Shown: positions 1-11,731, counted from the first letter of the whole stretch. The stretch is DNA of 53,465 nucleotides, filler included, from Sphacelaria rigidula (GCA_964200075.2; 5 parts of 5 records of this genome joined end to end with filler, not necessarily neighbours in it); one strand, 5' to 3'. The notes: generated by a model from the sequence alone, not told the origin. Numbers and translations are program-made.

Positions 1-71
1 GGGAATCGAACCCCCGTTCTCTCCACCCTAATGGCGACAGTCGGACCATTACACCACCCGGGCGCGGCGGC
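1..71 (-). mobile_element. tRNA-derived SINE head (family A), cut by contig start
   Basis: Minus strand reads GCCCGGG-TGGTGTAATGG (A-box) ... GGTTCGATTCCC (B-box). A near-identical copy lies at 25501-25572. No convincing cloverleaf. Confidence 0.7.
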
Positions 72-454
72 ACTACTGTTCAAGCAGTATGAAGACCTCC
101 GGAAGCTACTCACTAGTTGGAGGAGAGTTGCAACGCACACAAACGACGACTGGTGATTACGTGAGCCGATATTTTCCTTAACCCCACTATAGGGTGCCGC
201 GTAATCTCCAGGAAACTCCGAGATACAGCCGCTTACTGGTGTTTTTTCAATCGCCACACCCTTTCGAAATTTCTGACTCGCGGTCAACCCGTCTCAAAAC
301 CTCGAAACCAGTGCAGGTCTTTGCTCCCACTCCAGGAACATACTTTCTAGACGTGAACCAACTTCATGTCCAGACCTTTGACCACGTCTGGCAGCCTTAA
401 TTCTGGGGTTTGAGTACCTCCTCCCCGCCAGATTTGGGCTCATAGAAAACGCTT

Positions 455-1216
455 GGGTGTGGTATGGATGTTAAGAAGTCACAGTTATCGCCGAGCCACG
501 CAGTCAGCGCCGGGGCTGTCCGTCCAAGCTGTCAAGCCTATAGATCAAACTCCCGGTTCACCCTCGGGCTGTCATTTCTCCAGGCAACGCTGCTACTAAG
601 CACGGTTAAATGTGCTTATTTTGGTCTAGCGCCTTCGCACCGGGTCACCGTCGTTATGTTCTTCCACGTTTCCTTGTCCTACAGAAATCGGCCAACAACA
701 CGGAATCTTACAAATTGGGGATGGATCTTTTATTGAGGATGAGAAACCCGGAGAATTAAAATATTCGTATCCACACCAAATCTTCGAAATATGGTTCCAT
801 TTCTTCACCTACTGATAGCTATTGATAACTGCTGTACGCCTTAGAAACTTGGATTTCGATCACCGAAATGTTGGGGTCCTAGGTGAAAAACCAATTTCGG
901 AACCATTTTGGCGTCCGTTCAGACACCCAGAATCCCCCAAAAATGGTTCTTCACCTAGGACCCAACCATTTTGGTTGTCGAGATCCAAATTTGTATGACG
1001 TGTAGTAGTTGTCAAAAGCTACCAGTAGGTGAAGAAATGGAACCATATTTCGAAGATTTGGTGTGGATACGAAGATTTTAATCCTCCGGGTTTGTTATCT
1101 CCAGTAAAAGATTTATCCTCAATTTGTAAGATCCCGTGTTCAATAACGATCCTCGGGAGGATCGAACTCCGGGACTAGCTTCCTTAAATCGTCACAAAAC
1201 CCACTGAGCCACTTGC
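455..1216 (-). mobile_element. Putative tRNA-derived SINE (family B) interrupted by a foldback element
   Basis: Head at about 1150-1216 on the minus strand has GTGGCTCAGTGG (A-box) and GAGTTCGATCCTCC (B-box). The body is inferred to resume below 697. The 3' boundary is approximate. Confidence 0.4.
697..1140. mobile_element. Foldback/MITE-like element with about 190-bp imperfect inverted arms
   Basis: Ends are AACACGG...CCGTGTT. The arms pair along their length, including TTCGTATCCACACCAAATCTTCGAAATATGGTTCCATTTCTTCACCTACTG and its exact reverse complement. A relative lies at 50372-50814. Confidence 0.85.
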
Positions 1217-1817
1217 AGACTGAGTGGTTCAACGGTTATTGTGACATCTGCATAGCCGGAAGTGCGAAACACACCACCCCTGGGCTGATGGTGTAAATTG
1301 TAAATGATGCCAATACACCACTGGGGTGTGCCAGCTGCTGTAGGGTCGAGAAGCGAGTACAGGCATGCAAACAATACGGCCCAATTCAAGACCAGATCCT
1401 GTGCTCCCCATGCTCGCGGAGGTAGCAATATGAATGATGTTATACCCTTCGACGCCTTGCATGATGGAACGCCATGAATCAACACAACTCCTTCAGATTG
1501 CACCTCGCCCAGAAACACATTCCGCGCGGGAGTGTACATACAGTAGGTCGCGAGATGAAACATCTGCGCGTTTGCCTTGGAATCTGGATGTGCCAGCCCA
1601 GTTCCCGGCACACAGGTCGTGTTCGTTCAGTTTCCCCAGTATGTTTCCCTCCAGGGGACAGCGATTTTTTTTTCAGCATACGTCTACCCCAAAATCGAAA
1701 ATTCGAGTTTTTGAGGGGGAGTAAGGGGGGGGGGGACACCCAGCCGTGTGTCCCCTGGTTTTTTGCCGAAGCGTTGGCGGATGCGATCAGTTGCCGTAGA
1801 CAGTAGAGGTCACTCTG

Positions 1818-2248
1818 TTATATTTCATATATTATATTTCATCGATTATATTTCATCGATTATATTTCATATATTACATATCGCATATTGTATATCGTAT
1901 AACACAGGTCTATATATTATATATCATATAACATAGGTCTATTTATTATATTCAATATATTACATTTCATATATTATGTTTCACATATTATATTTCATAT
2001 ATTACATATCGCACATTATATTTCATATATTATTTATCATATAACATAGGTCTATATTATTGGTCTATATTATACATATTCTTCTCCTTAATATATACTA
2101 TATTGCTTATATTATACAATATATATATTTATTATATGTATAAATATTCATCAAGGGGCAGCATATACTATATTCTATATTCATATATGAAAATATATGT
2201 GCTAAAATATATATACGATCCTTATATTATATATTATATATAAATATG
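1818..2248. repeat. AT-rich degenerate tandem repeat (ATATTATATTTCAT-like)
   Basis: Directly visible low-complexity array. Confidence 0.9.
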
Positions 2249-2250
2249 TA

Positions 2251-2530
2251 AAGGAGTAGAAGCAAACATACACCCCGCAAAGCCCACCAAACTTTTCGGA
2301 TTTTGTCAATGTTCATTGATCAATTTCTTGCAACAAAGTTAACAGGAAAACAATAATCAGGATAATTTTGATTGTCGAAAAAACGCCCTTCGGCATCTGA
2401 GGTCATCGCGGGACAGAACGGGCAAGGAGCAGAAGCAGATATACGAACCTCACAAAGCCCATCAGACTTTTCGGTTATTGTCAGCGTTCATTGATCAATT
2501 TCTTGCAACAAAATCAACAGAAATAATCAA
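2251..2530. repeat. Diverged direct duplication (about 110-bp unit, about 175-bp period)
   Basis: AAGGAG(T/C)AGAAGCA...GTTCATTGATCAATTTCTTGCAACAAA occurs at about 2251 and about 2424. Confidence 0.75.
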
Positions 2531-2740
2531 AACACACACGCGGCCATTCGGCTACCTCGTAAAAGAATTTCCAAACGTCATCTTCGGTTCCGTCCGTTTT
2601 GAAATCCCCCCTGGAGGATCTTGGGTATTCGTAATCCTCTACAGGATTTTCAATGTTGGGGCCCTCGAAGGTCTGTGTCGATATTAAGATCCCTTGGATT
2701 GTTTTTAGAGGCACACGTGCTATGGAAATCTGGAATTTTT

Positions 2741-2947
2741 ACAGCCTCTGCTGTTCGAAATAAATCCTAATTCCAAATTATTGGAATCGGTCAAAAGTGA
2801 TTTATTTCGAACAGCAGAGGCTGTGCAAATCCCATATGCACTCGCAGATGGGATTTGTACACCAGAAGCTGTTCGAAATAAATCCTCATTTCGCCCGCTG
2901 ATACCTGAAATTGGGCAAAAAAAGGACTTATTTGCGAGCAGCTTCTG
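2741..2947. repeat. Alternating-orientation repeat array with internal hairpins
   Basis: A perfect 26-bp inverted repeat lies at 2741-2766 / 2799-2824. Further copies of GCTGTTCGAAATAAATCC occur at about 2868 and, degenerate and reversed, at about 2924. Confidence 0.75.
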
Positions 2948-4224
2948 CTGTTCAAGACCCACGGACTGTACCGCGTATCAGTGGATGAGAATCGAGAGAC
3001 AGCAGAAATTGTTAAAAACTTATCCTCTTGCCCACTATTTCATATATCAATTTGGGAAGGGGATCGAAGTCTTCAACAGGCGCGGCTGAATCCCATACAC
3101 TGGATGCGAGTGTATGTACACACAGCCATGCTAAGTAGCTGAAGCTTGTGGTCATGGTGAATGTGCCGTAAGAACCTCAAATACTTCGTATGTATGCATA
3201 CAGGTTTTGAAAACCCCGTAGTCCCGTGTTCACCATTCTGACACCAAAGTGAAGCATTTTTCTGAGTAAACACGAAAAAAATTATGATCGCGGTTGATTC
3301 TGTACGTTGATGACAGTATTACGGTCGCAACAATAAGCATGTGATACTGGCAATGAATGCATTTCTTCCAGCAATGATGCGTTATACTCGTCGCGCTTGT
3401 CGAAGCCGCATGCCCTGGAGATAAGCGCCATTTCCCTCCCCGCAACAAAATTGCCTCTACGTCACATTTCGGCTACGGCATTCAAATAGTGCTCACGATT
3501 GCCCCGCGAACATCGTCTCCGCCACACTCATTGACTACTGCACTCCGTGACATCCTTTACTTATCTCGAGCAGATACCCCTCCCTTTAGGATTCAGGAGC
3601 TGTATGCTGGCCTGCAGGAAGGAGAGAACACGATCGGCAAAACGATGCTATCTGACACTGAAACCTGCCAGCTGCCATCTACCAGGGACCATACAAATAC
3701 CTATCAAACGAAGTTCACCTCAAAGGGGACAGGCACCCTATACTCGAAGCCGAAGGCGTTGACCATCAGCAAGGCGGTTGTTATGGAAGAGGTGGAACAT
3801 GACTCCGCATTAGCGAGTGGCACTGGTGATGCTCCGTACCGTCAGCTGAACGTAAGCACAGAGCAGCGCCAGGGTTAGCAGCGAGCATCGTGTTTTGTTA
3901 TGGAGATTTGCATGCATGATTTGTTATTACTGGGTACAGATCGGCGACTACTAGAAATGTATATCTTGGGTAAATATTCCAGCGGCATGTGGATCAATCA
4001 CCCGCAAGCCGTTCGTTTTACACGTGGGTCGCTGGTCGCTATCGCGTTGATTAACCTGGATTTACAAGAGTTCAACAACAGATGAATACGTATTCAGGCT
4101 TGAAGTTGGTTCGATCGAATTTGAATTGAATTATGACTTGAGTGAAGATATGTTTTGAGATCGGAGATGCCTAGTTCCCCGCACGCACCTCTCTCGATAT
4201 CACTCTCTCATCTGACCTTGGATT

Positions 4225-4448
4225 TGTGATGCCAGCCAGTGAGTGGAAGAACTGCTGCATCACTGCTGTTGAGGGACTCCCCAGTCTTACTGGCCTCAGT
4301 TTCAGTTGTCAGCCTTTACAACATCTCATCATTCAGGAGTGCCCTCGTAGGCACAGCCTCCTAGACACGCCAGGGTATCAACCTAGTGTCCTCGGTCATT
4401 ATCCAGATCATCACTACCCACTCAACGCAACGGCGTTAATTTGTCACA
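4225..4448 (-). repeat. 3' LTR of Gypsy element 1
   Basis: 224-bp direct repeat of 8335-8554. By manual count they differ by 8 substitutions and one 4-bp indel. Confidence 0.95.
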
Positions 4449-4519
4449 GCACCCCTAAAGCGCGTTGGACGAAAATCGATCAATAAGCTTTGCACATAGA
4501 AAACGCCAGAACGACGAGT

Positions 4520-5905
4520 AAGTCTCAACTGAATACCAAACTCATTCGCAATGCAAGCAGCAACGGCACGAGTCACGCGCAATTTACGCAACTCTTTCGT
4601 AAGAAATTCCGGAGAAGCCTCAAATATATCCTTGAAAGGCTCCCACGTACGCTCCTCAACTTCAAAACCAACCCAGTCGACCAACACGATCAACGAACGA
4701 TCATCTGTTTCTGCCACTCAGACAGTACCAGCCATCTGAAATTGCCCCTGATTGAAAGCATGCTGGAACACGTACTTAACGTCAGCCGTAACATTAAGCT
4801 TCGAGTCTGCATCAAAACGCAAACGAGCTACATGGATGGTCTGAACACGACCCGAAGCAATGTTTTGAATGTCAAACACATGCGGGTGGTGAGCACCAAC
4901 CGCTCTCCATGGATCAGTTCAAGTCGTCATCAACTTGGGCGTAACACCCGGACGACGCACGCGTGCATACAAGACATAGTCGCCTACCTCGAAATTCGGC
5001 AATGCCAGCCCCGACGGGGGCCCCTCACGTCTACGCGCACGTTCAGCGGCAACACGTTCATGTACTTGAACGTGGAAACGTTCTTGCAAGTCCAAGACTC
5101 CTTGCAATGCACTCTTAATATAAACATCGTCCAAAACATCACACTTCCATTCCCCCGCCGACGAGGATGCCAACACCGAGAAAGACGTCCGAGGGGCACG
5201 ACCAAACATTACGTGGTATGGCATACTATCGTAACGACGACGATACACTGTGTTTAGCGCCCATTGCACTGCCGGCAACGCGTCCACCCACTCGGGAATC
5301 GCTCTACCCTGCTCGAGAAGAATAGAGCGAAGAGCACAAACTATTTCCTTGACCATGCGTTCGCACGCACCGTTAAACGCCGGAGAATACGCTACCGCAA
5401 ACTGGTGATCAACGCGCAAAGCCTTTCGCAATCGGGCCAAAATCGCATTCTTGAAATGCGTGGCGGTATCACTCACCCACACACGCGGCACCCCCAAAGT
5501 TTTGCACCAATTCAGCAAAGATACAGCGGTCGATTTGGCACTACACACTGCCACTGGTTCCAGAGCCACAAAGTTGCTCAAATCATCCATGATTACCAAA
5601 ATGTATCGAAACCCAACATACTCCGACAAACCTTGAGAAGCTAGCGGGCCACCATCGCCCAGGTACAAGAAGTCAAAATAAACGACTTCATTCGGCATGG
5701 TCCCATCGACCGTTTCGCCGAGCGGGCGGGGAACAACGTCGCCCGCCCTCGAGTCAGCACAGTGAAGAAACTGGCGGACAAATCCGCGCACAAGAGTTTC
5801 TATCCCCTGCCAGACACAAAACTCTTGCAAGCGCACGAGCGTTGCAGCGACACCACGATGCCCAGCGTCGCGCATGGGCGCGCAAATCATCAGACGTACC
5901 TGCAA
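4520..5905 (-). pseudogene. Integrase + chromodomain (disrupted)
   Basis: Degenerate HHCC (DAGHRGV...LHC), DDE core (YFDFLY, SDTATHF, ERMVKE), stop just before the GPW motif, and chromodomain LVDWVGFEVEERTWEP (ORFs 4919-5905 and 4436-4717). Confidence 0.9.
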
Positions 5906-7146
5906 CTACTTGTCGGAACTCGGGATTCAAAAAACGTTTCGGCCACGCACATGAACACGAAACAGACCTTCATTGTCCAAGATAGCAGTACCAACGTCCG
6001 ACTCGAAAGATTGCACATCCGCATCTTCGGCCCCAAGGTCTTTTGGTTGCGCTTGGCGGACACCAGATTTGGACGGCATCGAGTCATCAGGTTCACACGG
6101 CCGTGCACAGGCACAGCGCGCACAGGCATATGAATTTCAACAGTAGGCACCTGCATGACCAAACTACCCCAATGACATTCAGATGCATACGGGAACATGA
6201 ACACCCGACAACCAGGACGGGGATGAAAAAGCGTCACGGCATGAGCCACGAGATCCTTCGCTGCCGCCCATGCCTGCAGCCTGCCCTCCGTCCACGATGC
6301 AGCCTTCTTCGGAAACGCCATATCTCGACTGAAACAACCCGCCTGCAAATTCCGTAAAACCAACCCAAGCGCCAAAAGAGCCGCCATGCACAACGCCAAC
6401 CAACTAGACTTCACTGGATCGTACCGCCGCGGCTTCGTTTTCGCCACGGACGCCCCAGGTTTTAGCTGAACACGCATGGGCTTCACGCGCGCAGGGGGAT
6501 CACCCCGCAGCGCACGACGAAACGCGTTGACGCGGCAATGTAATATGCCGCGCAGGCGCTCCGCTTTTGAGATGCTGAGGCCTGTCGCCCCAGCATCCGT
6601 CACGCTGTCCTCCAGCGCGACCTTCCGAGCGGACTCCTTTTCCCCCGGAATCACCATCATCTCCGGGCCGCGCTCTACCGAGGGCTCTACCGCCGCATCC
6701 CGCTCTTCGTTCACCTGCCCTCCAGCCTCCTGAAAAGCATCCACCGACAGGCTCACGCGACGACTGCCCAAAACGGCGGGCGTCTCCAAGCATGGACCAG
6801 GCGAAGATATCCGCGTCTGCATGGAGTCCCACAACCGCCGAGCGTTGACTTCAATACCCTGAAGCATCGGCAACCCCGGAAGAATAACGCCATCCGACCC
6901 CGGCATGATCGCAAACGAGATCGGAGGCAACTGCGCCGACCGCCAGGAAATCGTGAAAGTCAGTTGCAACGGAACAGTACGCTCTGTGACTTGAATATGC
7001 TGACTCGACGCGATGACGACCTGCCGCGACCCGAGTGAAAACGGAATGCGCAGCGGTACACCCGGGAGAAGACGCTCCAATATCTCTACAATCTGTACCG
7101 ACAGACTCACATGACCCGTCAAGTGGGCGCCAGAATCCCACTTAGC
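5890..7146 (-). pseudogene. Aspartic protease plus RT N-terminus fused to connection/RNase H remnant
   Basis: WDSGA protease motif at about 7125-7140. The RT N-terminus (KPMRVQLKPGA..KPRRY...MAFPKK) jumps directly to W....AW...KDLV..AVTLFHP...FPYAS..HWG. No YxDD. Confidence 0.8.
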
Positions 7147-8030
7147 CTAAACCGCAATGGCTCCACGCTCCCGTCGAGTTGGGAGACACAGCTCCGCAGG
7201 AACGTAGTTGTGCGCAGACTCCACTGGCCCTTTATTCGCCGACCGATGCGCCGTTAATCCCACTTTACGCCACGACTGCGCAGCAGGCGAAGATGCCCTG
7301 GCAGGTTCAAACGGCACCGCCGGCGGGTATGACCCCCAGCCAGCAGACCAAGAATTCGGCGAACTTCCGGCCAGCGCGTCAGCAGGCGTCGCGCCTGGCG
7401 CTGCTGCCGGTGTCGCCGCCGGCGCCACCACCGGCGCCCGCGCAGTGTTCGACACTGTATAAGTCGGTTCTACCTGCACCGCCCGTTGCGGAGCAGCAGC
7501 ACCTACGGCGACGCCGGATCCATAACCAGGCTCATGCTGACGCCGCTGCCCCTGCTGCTGCTGCCGAGGACTCGGCTGCGACCCTCCACCGCCGGAGGAT
7601 CCGCCGCCGCTACCACGATTACCTCGTCTTCTGCCCTTGTGCTGACGACGCTGATGGTGGCAGCATGAGATTGCCCAGACTCTCCACTGGAAGACGTTGG
7701 GCAATCGCGCGCGTAATGGCCGACCTAGCCACAACAGTGGGAAGTGCCCCCCGCATGCTCAGCATGCTTTTTGATCGCCGCAACCAATTGCGGCGGGGTG
7801 ATTGTGATAGTTTTATGCTCCAAACGAGCAAACACTCTCTGCACATAAGTTAGCACTTGTTGAGCCATTGGCACCACCTGATACCGCACAGCACCCCCTG
7901 CGTTCGCGTGCTTCATGCGCTTCTTGTACTCAAAGTACTTCGTAGTAAAAGTGCGGGATGCACTCTCTGAGTACCTATCCCCATACTGGAGAGGTCGCAC
8001 CTCTTCCCGCTTGACCACGGGTGTCGCCAT
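7147..8030 (-). pseudogene. gag (frameshifted, internally deleted)
   Basis: MATPVVK...QYGDRYSESASRTFTTKYFEYKKRMKHANAGG aligns by eye with the gag N-terminus at 47161-47793. The C-terminal part is G/R/Q-rich. Confidence 0.75.
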
Positions 8031-8334
8031 AGCTGCAGCTGTAAGCGGCTATCTGCGAACCGTTGCAGGCCAGCGGACCTTCGCGAATTGCACTTTCCTT
8101 GCTTCGTCGCCGCATCACACAGTCGTGGGAGCCTCCAAACTCCCGCTGCAGGCAGCTTCAGCAAGTCTCCAGTCTGCATCAATCACAGACCAGCCGCCTT
8201 TCTGCAGCTGTCTCAGCCGGTACCCTCCCCACGCGTCCGTGGTGTATCAGGTTTCCACAGCTACCAGACTCCTACCGAAATCGTTTCCAGCAGGTTTCTA
8301 GCATTAACACGAGCACTAGCACTAATATCGATAT

Positions 8335-8554
8335 TTTGACGCCAGCCAGTGGAAGAACTGCTGGATTACTGCTGTTGAGGGACTCCCCAATCTTACTGGC
8401 CTCAGTTTCAGTTGTCAGCCTTTACAACATCTCATCATTCAGGAGTGCCCTCGTAGGCACAGCCTCCTAGACACACCAGGGTATCAACCTAGTGTCCTCG
8501 GTCATTATCCAGATCATCACTACCCACTCAACGTAACGGTGTTAATTTGTCACA
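8335..8554 (-). repeat. 5' LTR of Gypsy element 1
   Basis: Direct repeat of 4225-4448. Confidence 0.95.
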
Positions 8555-10614
8555 GATTCAACAGTAGAGTAGAGGTTAATCAAACACCGTTTCTGCGTCT
8601 GATACTTCCACTACTGCACCGTCAACCCTCTTTGGCCTCGGTGACTGAGCCTCAGAAACAAGGAGACTATAAGTGAGTCCCTTGCCGGAGTGTACCATAC
8701 TCCTTCACCTTACTCATTTCTCACTCGTTCATGTTCGGTAAACAACATCGGCCTGCTTGAAATTACATCTACTGTAGCAAACATTTACAATCGAGAAGTC
8801 TTGATTCTAGGTTGTTACCATTCCTTCACCTAGCAGCTGGGGTGACAATCTTCCAATCACTTGGCACTTGGGGCTTCAGCTGGAATTCTCTTTGGGAAGG
8901 CGACTGGGTGAACCATTACCGCAGTGCCCTAGCACAAGGCTGTCGTTTATTTCTGCATCCAATGGCTTTGCAAGTGGACCTAGCTGGAACGTTCCAAGAA
9001 TGTCGAACACGAAGGAGACGGACAGGAGGGCCAGGAGCTTCGTCGAAATTCACACAGAACACGCAATATCGCAGTTGGCTCTGGCTCTCGAGTTTCGTCC
9101 GCATATGTACGACCTCGCAACTTCGGTCCGAGCTAACATTCATAGCACCAGTTTGCATCATGCTGTCTTGGGTAACGAATACTTCAAAATTCGACTGGCG
9201 CGACAACACCTTTTCGGGAATACAGAATAGACCCTCCCCGCCCCCCGAGCGCATCCTTGCAACGCCCAGGAAATCTCCCCTCCCTAAATCGGCACAACAT
9301 TGCAGAAATGCGCTCGTCCTGTAAGATCCATCTCTTCACACAGGCACAAACTCCAGCCTCTTCAGTTTTTCAACTTCAAGTGTCCCAATTTCCCCTCCTC
9401 GCCTCCGTTCTGTATGGATGTCCTTGGGGTGGTCGAAAATACCACTACTCGGAAGGCTCACACCCGTCGTCCGTCGCCCCTCCGTTTACCCTACCCCTTG
9501 GCAGTTCAAATATTACAGTCCAACATGGCGGAGAAAATCATATAACGCTCAAAAACACGCAGGAACCAAAAGCGACAGATCCTTTATATAATTACGCGGT
9601 CTGGACAAATTCTAACACGACTTCAGCTGAATCCAATCGCTTCAGACTATTTTCCTCTTTGCGACCCTCCACCTCTTTCTTGCACAAAATTGTCAAGTAC
9701 TCCGATGCCCTTAGGATGAAGCGCGATGTCTATCTCGGTGATGAATGTTAAACCTTCCGTCAAGACTTCCAACGGTATTTCACGCGCTTTTCAGACTCCG
9801 TGGTTATATTGACAACATTATTCAGCTGAAAGTGGTGGGGTGTGTCAACCGCCATCGACCGTGGAAACCCTAGCTGAAAACGAAAAAACGATGCGGTCCA
9901 CACAAAAAGGCGCCTAGAAGGCTTAGAATTCCTCAGAAATTTGAGTCGAAACTCCGATTGATGTTCCGCGTGATTCATGAACACGCGTCGCCGTGCCAGC
10001 CGAAAAGCCTGTAACGGATCCGGTGGTCATTTCCCGAGCGTCGGTAGTGTCGTCTCAGGAGATTAGTAAAGGTTTTGATGTCGTCCTCTAAGTTGGGCAG
10101 TCCCTCTCCAACGTTCGGGGGAGCAGCTGCAGGGGCACGCAAGACAACTTCAAAATGTCACGCGCGTACACGCTGTTGTGTAGTAGGTCGTTGAGTACCT
10201 CGGATGTGTGTGCCACGTAGACGTGCATCTTCATATCACCCACGTAGTGCCACACCGGGCATCGTACGACCCAACGTTGATGACGTCACGCAGGGGATGG
10301 CTTGGCAGTGGTTATATCAACACGCTTGGCAACGGAAAATCAATCATAGCATTTTGCATCACTGTTGTTCATGTAGCATTTTCGAGTTTCGAACTCTGGG
10401 TTAAGCGGACGTGTGAAACCGTTAAAAACAAGAGGTCGGGGAATCAGGGGAGCGGGAAACCCCAATTGGAAGGCGCTTTGAGGACGACCCTTATCGAGCG
10501 AACTGGGTTAAGCGGACATTACCAACATTCATGGGGGCGGGCGTACTCATTTGCTGCTTGCCTTAGTCGTTTGACCATTGACCGCTCATCCCTTTCGAGA
10601 CGGAGCACCGTCCC

Positions 10615-10714
10615 NNNNNNNNNNNNNNNNNNNNNNNNNNNNNNNNNNNNNNNNNNNNTTAATTAATTAANNNNNNNNNNNNNNNNNNNNNNNNNNNNNN
10701 NNNNNNNNNNNNNN
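10615..10714. other. Artificial contig-joining spacer
   Basis: 44 N + TTAATTAATTAA (stops in all six frames) + 44 N. Confidence 0.98.
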
Positions 10715-11461
10715 CGGACCATCTGCTCCTACTGTTTACCACTGGTGAGAACAGTGTGCTGGGCCATCACGGGGATAATCAGTGAGAGTTAAAAAGATAT
10801 CGAGCCTTTGAGCTCCTTTTGTTGTTGCTACTGTGACCAACGATCACGGAAACCTGCACGTGTGCATTTGCGGCTTGCTTTACTCGGACACCTGGTGCGT
10901 TGCGTACCTACTCAAGCCTGCAGCACACCGATCATAGTTAGGAAGGCGTTGAACCTAGGATCACGCACCATCTATATCACACTAGCGTCGACGGCAGGAC
11001 TCACGCACCATCTATATCACACTAGTGCATAATGAAACAAAAAAAACAGCTTGTTGCCTTTTCTCATTTTTTTCATTATTTTTCATTTTGTTTCGTGTTT
11101 TTAGTGGATTATTGAGGAGACATGAACATTGCTCTTGGGCCTTATCTCAATGTTTTAGCTCAGTTTTTACAATTGTGATTTGAAAGTTAGCGTGGAGAAC
11201 CCCAAAAGTGTGCCGAAAAACAAAATGGCCCTTCATTTTGTTTTTCATATAGGTCAGGGTGTTCTCGTGAAGAAATGGCCTTTTCCATACTAAAACGGCA
11301 TCAACCAGTGAAAAAATGAATTAAAAAAGTTGATCCACCGAGTTTTGTTAATTATGCCCTGGCGAGGGCCCACACAAAATTTCAACACACAGAAACCAAA
11401 CGTGGGCCGGTGAGTGGCCTACGAAATACTGTTCCGAATTTCTACCGACCCGGTTTTTGAA

Positions 11462-11731
11462 AGGCGAATGCGCCGGCCAATATTTAGAGTTGGAGCGTAA
11501 AATTTGGTATGAACAATGCATAGGGCATATATTTTTTTTGTGAAGAAGCACCAGATATATATATTTTTTTGAGTCAAGGGCAATAATCAGTTTTCAGGTA
11601 TCAGTAAAACGCCCTCAACTCACGAAAAAAAAAAAATTCTGGTGCTTTCTCACAACTTTTTTGTATGCCCTATGCATTGTCCATACCAAATTTGACGCTC
11701 CAACTCTGAATATTGGCCGGCGCATTCGCCT
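11462..11731. repeat. Long imperfect palindrome (about 120-bp arms, about 30-nt loop)
   Basis: AGGCGAATGCGCCGGCCAATATT...ATGCATAGGGCATA pairs with TATGCCCTATGCAT...AATATTGGCCGGCGCATTCGCCT. Confidence 0.85.

Larger units (their letters stand above)
4225..8554 (-). mobile_element. Ty3/Gypsy LTR retrotransposon with chromodomain, non-autonomous (RT core deleted)
   Basis: Paired LTRs with TGTGA...TCACA ends and a GATT 4-bp TSD (4221-4224 / 8555-8558). Domain order is gag, PR, RT/RH remnants, IN, chromodomain. Confidence 0.95.

Noticed and set aside
1..71. Possible tRNA gene (also 1150-1216, 25501-25572, 43853-43925)
   Set aside because: A/B boxes are present but the acceptor, D and anticodon stems do not pair convincingly. 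The context fits SINE heads.
1652..1757. CAGGGGACA...TGTCCCCTG short inverted repeat as a hAT MITE
   Set aside because: No 8-bp TSD found and the TIR is only about 10 bp.
4490..5644. Long plus-strand ORFs (255 aa, 126 aa)
   Set aside because: Antisense shadows of the integrase reading frame.
7179..8470. Plus-strand ORFs over gag and LTR
   Set aside because: GC-rich antisense shadows with no recognisable domains.
4225..8554. CpG-type transitions between LTRs as evidence of DNA methylation
   Set aside because: Only 3 of 8 substitutions, too few to support a claim.
10659..10670. Regularly spaced TTAATTAATTAA as a biological repeat
   Set aside because: Embedded in N runs; it is an assembly linker.
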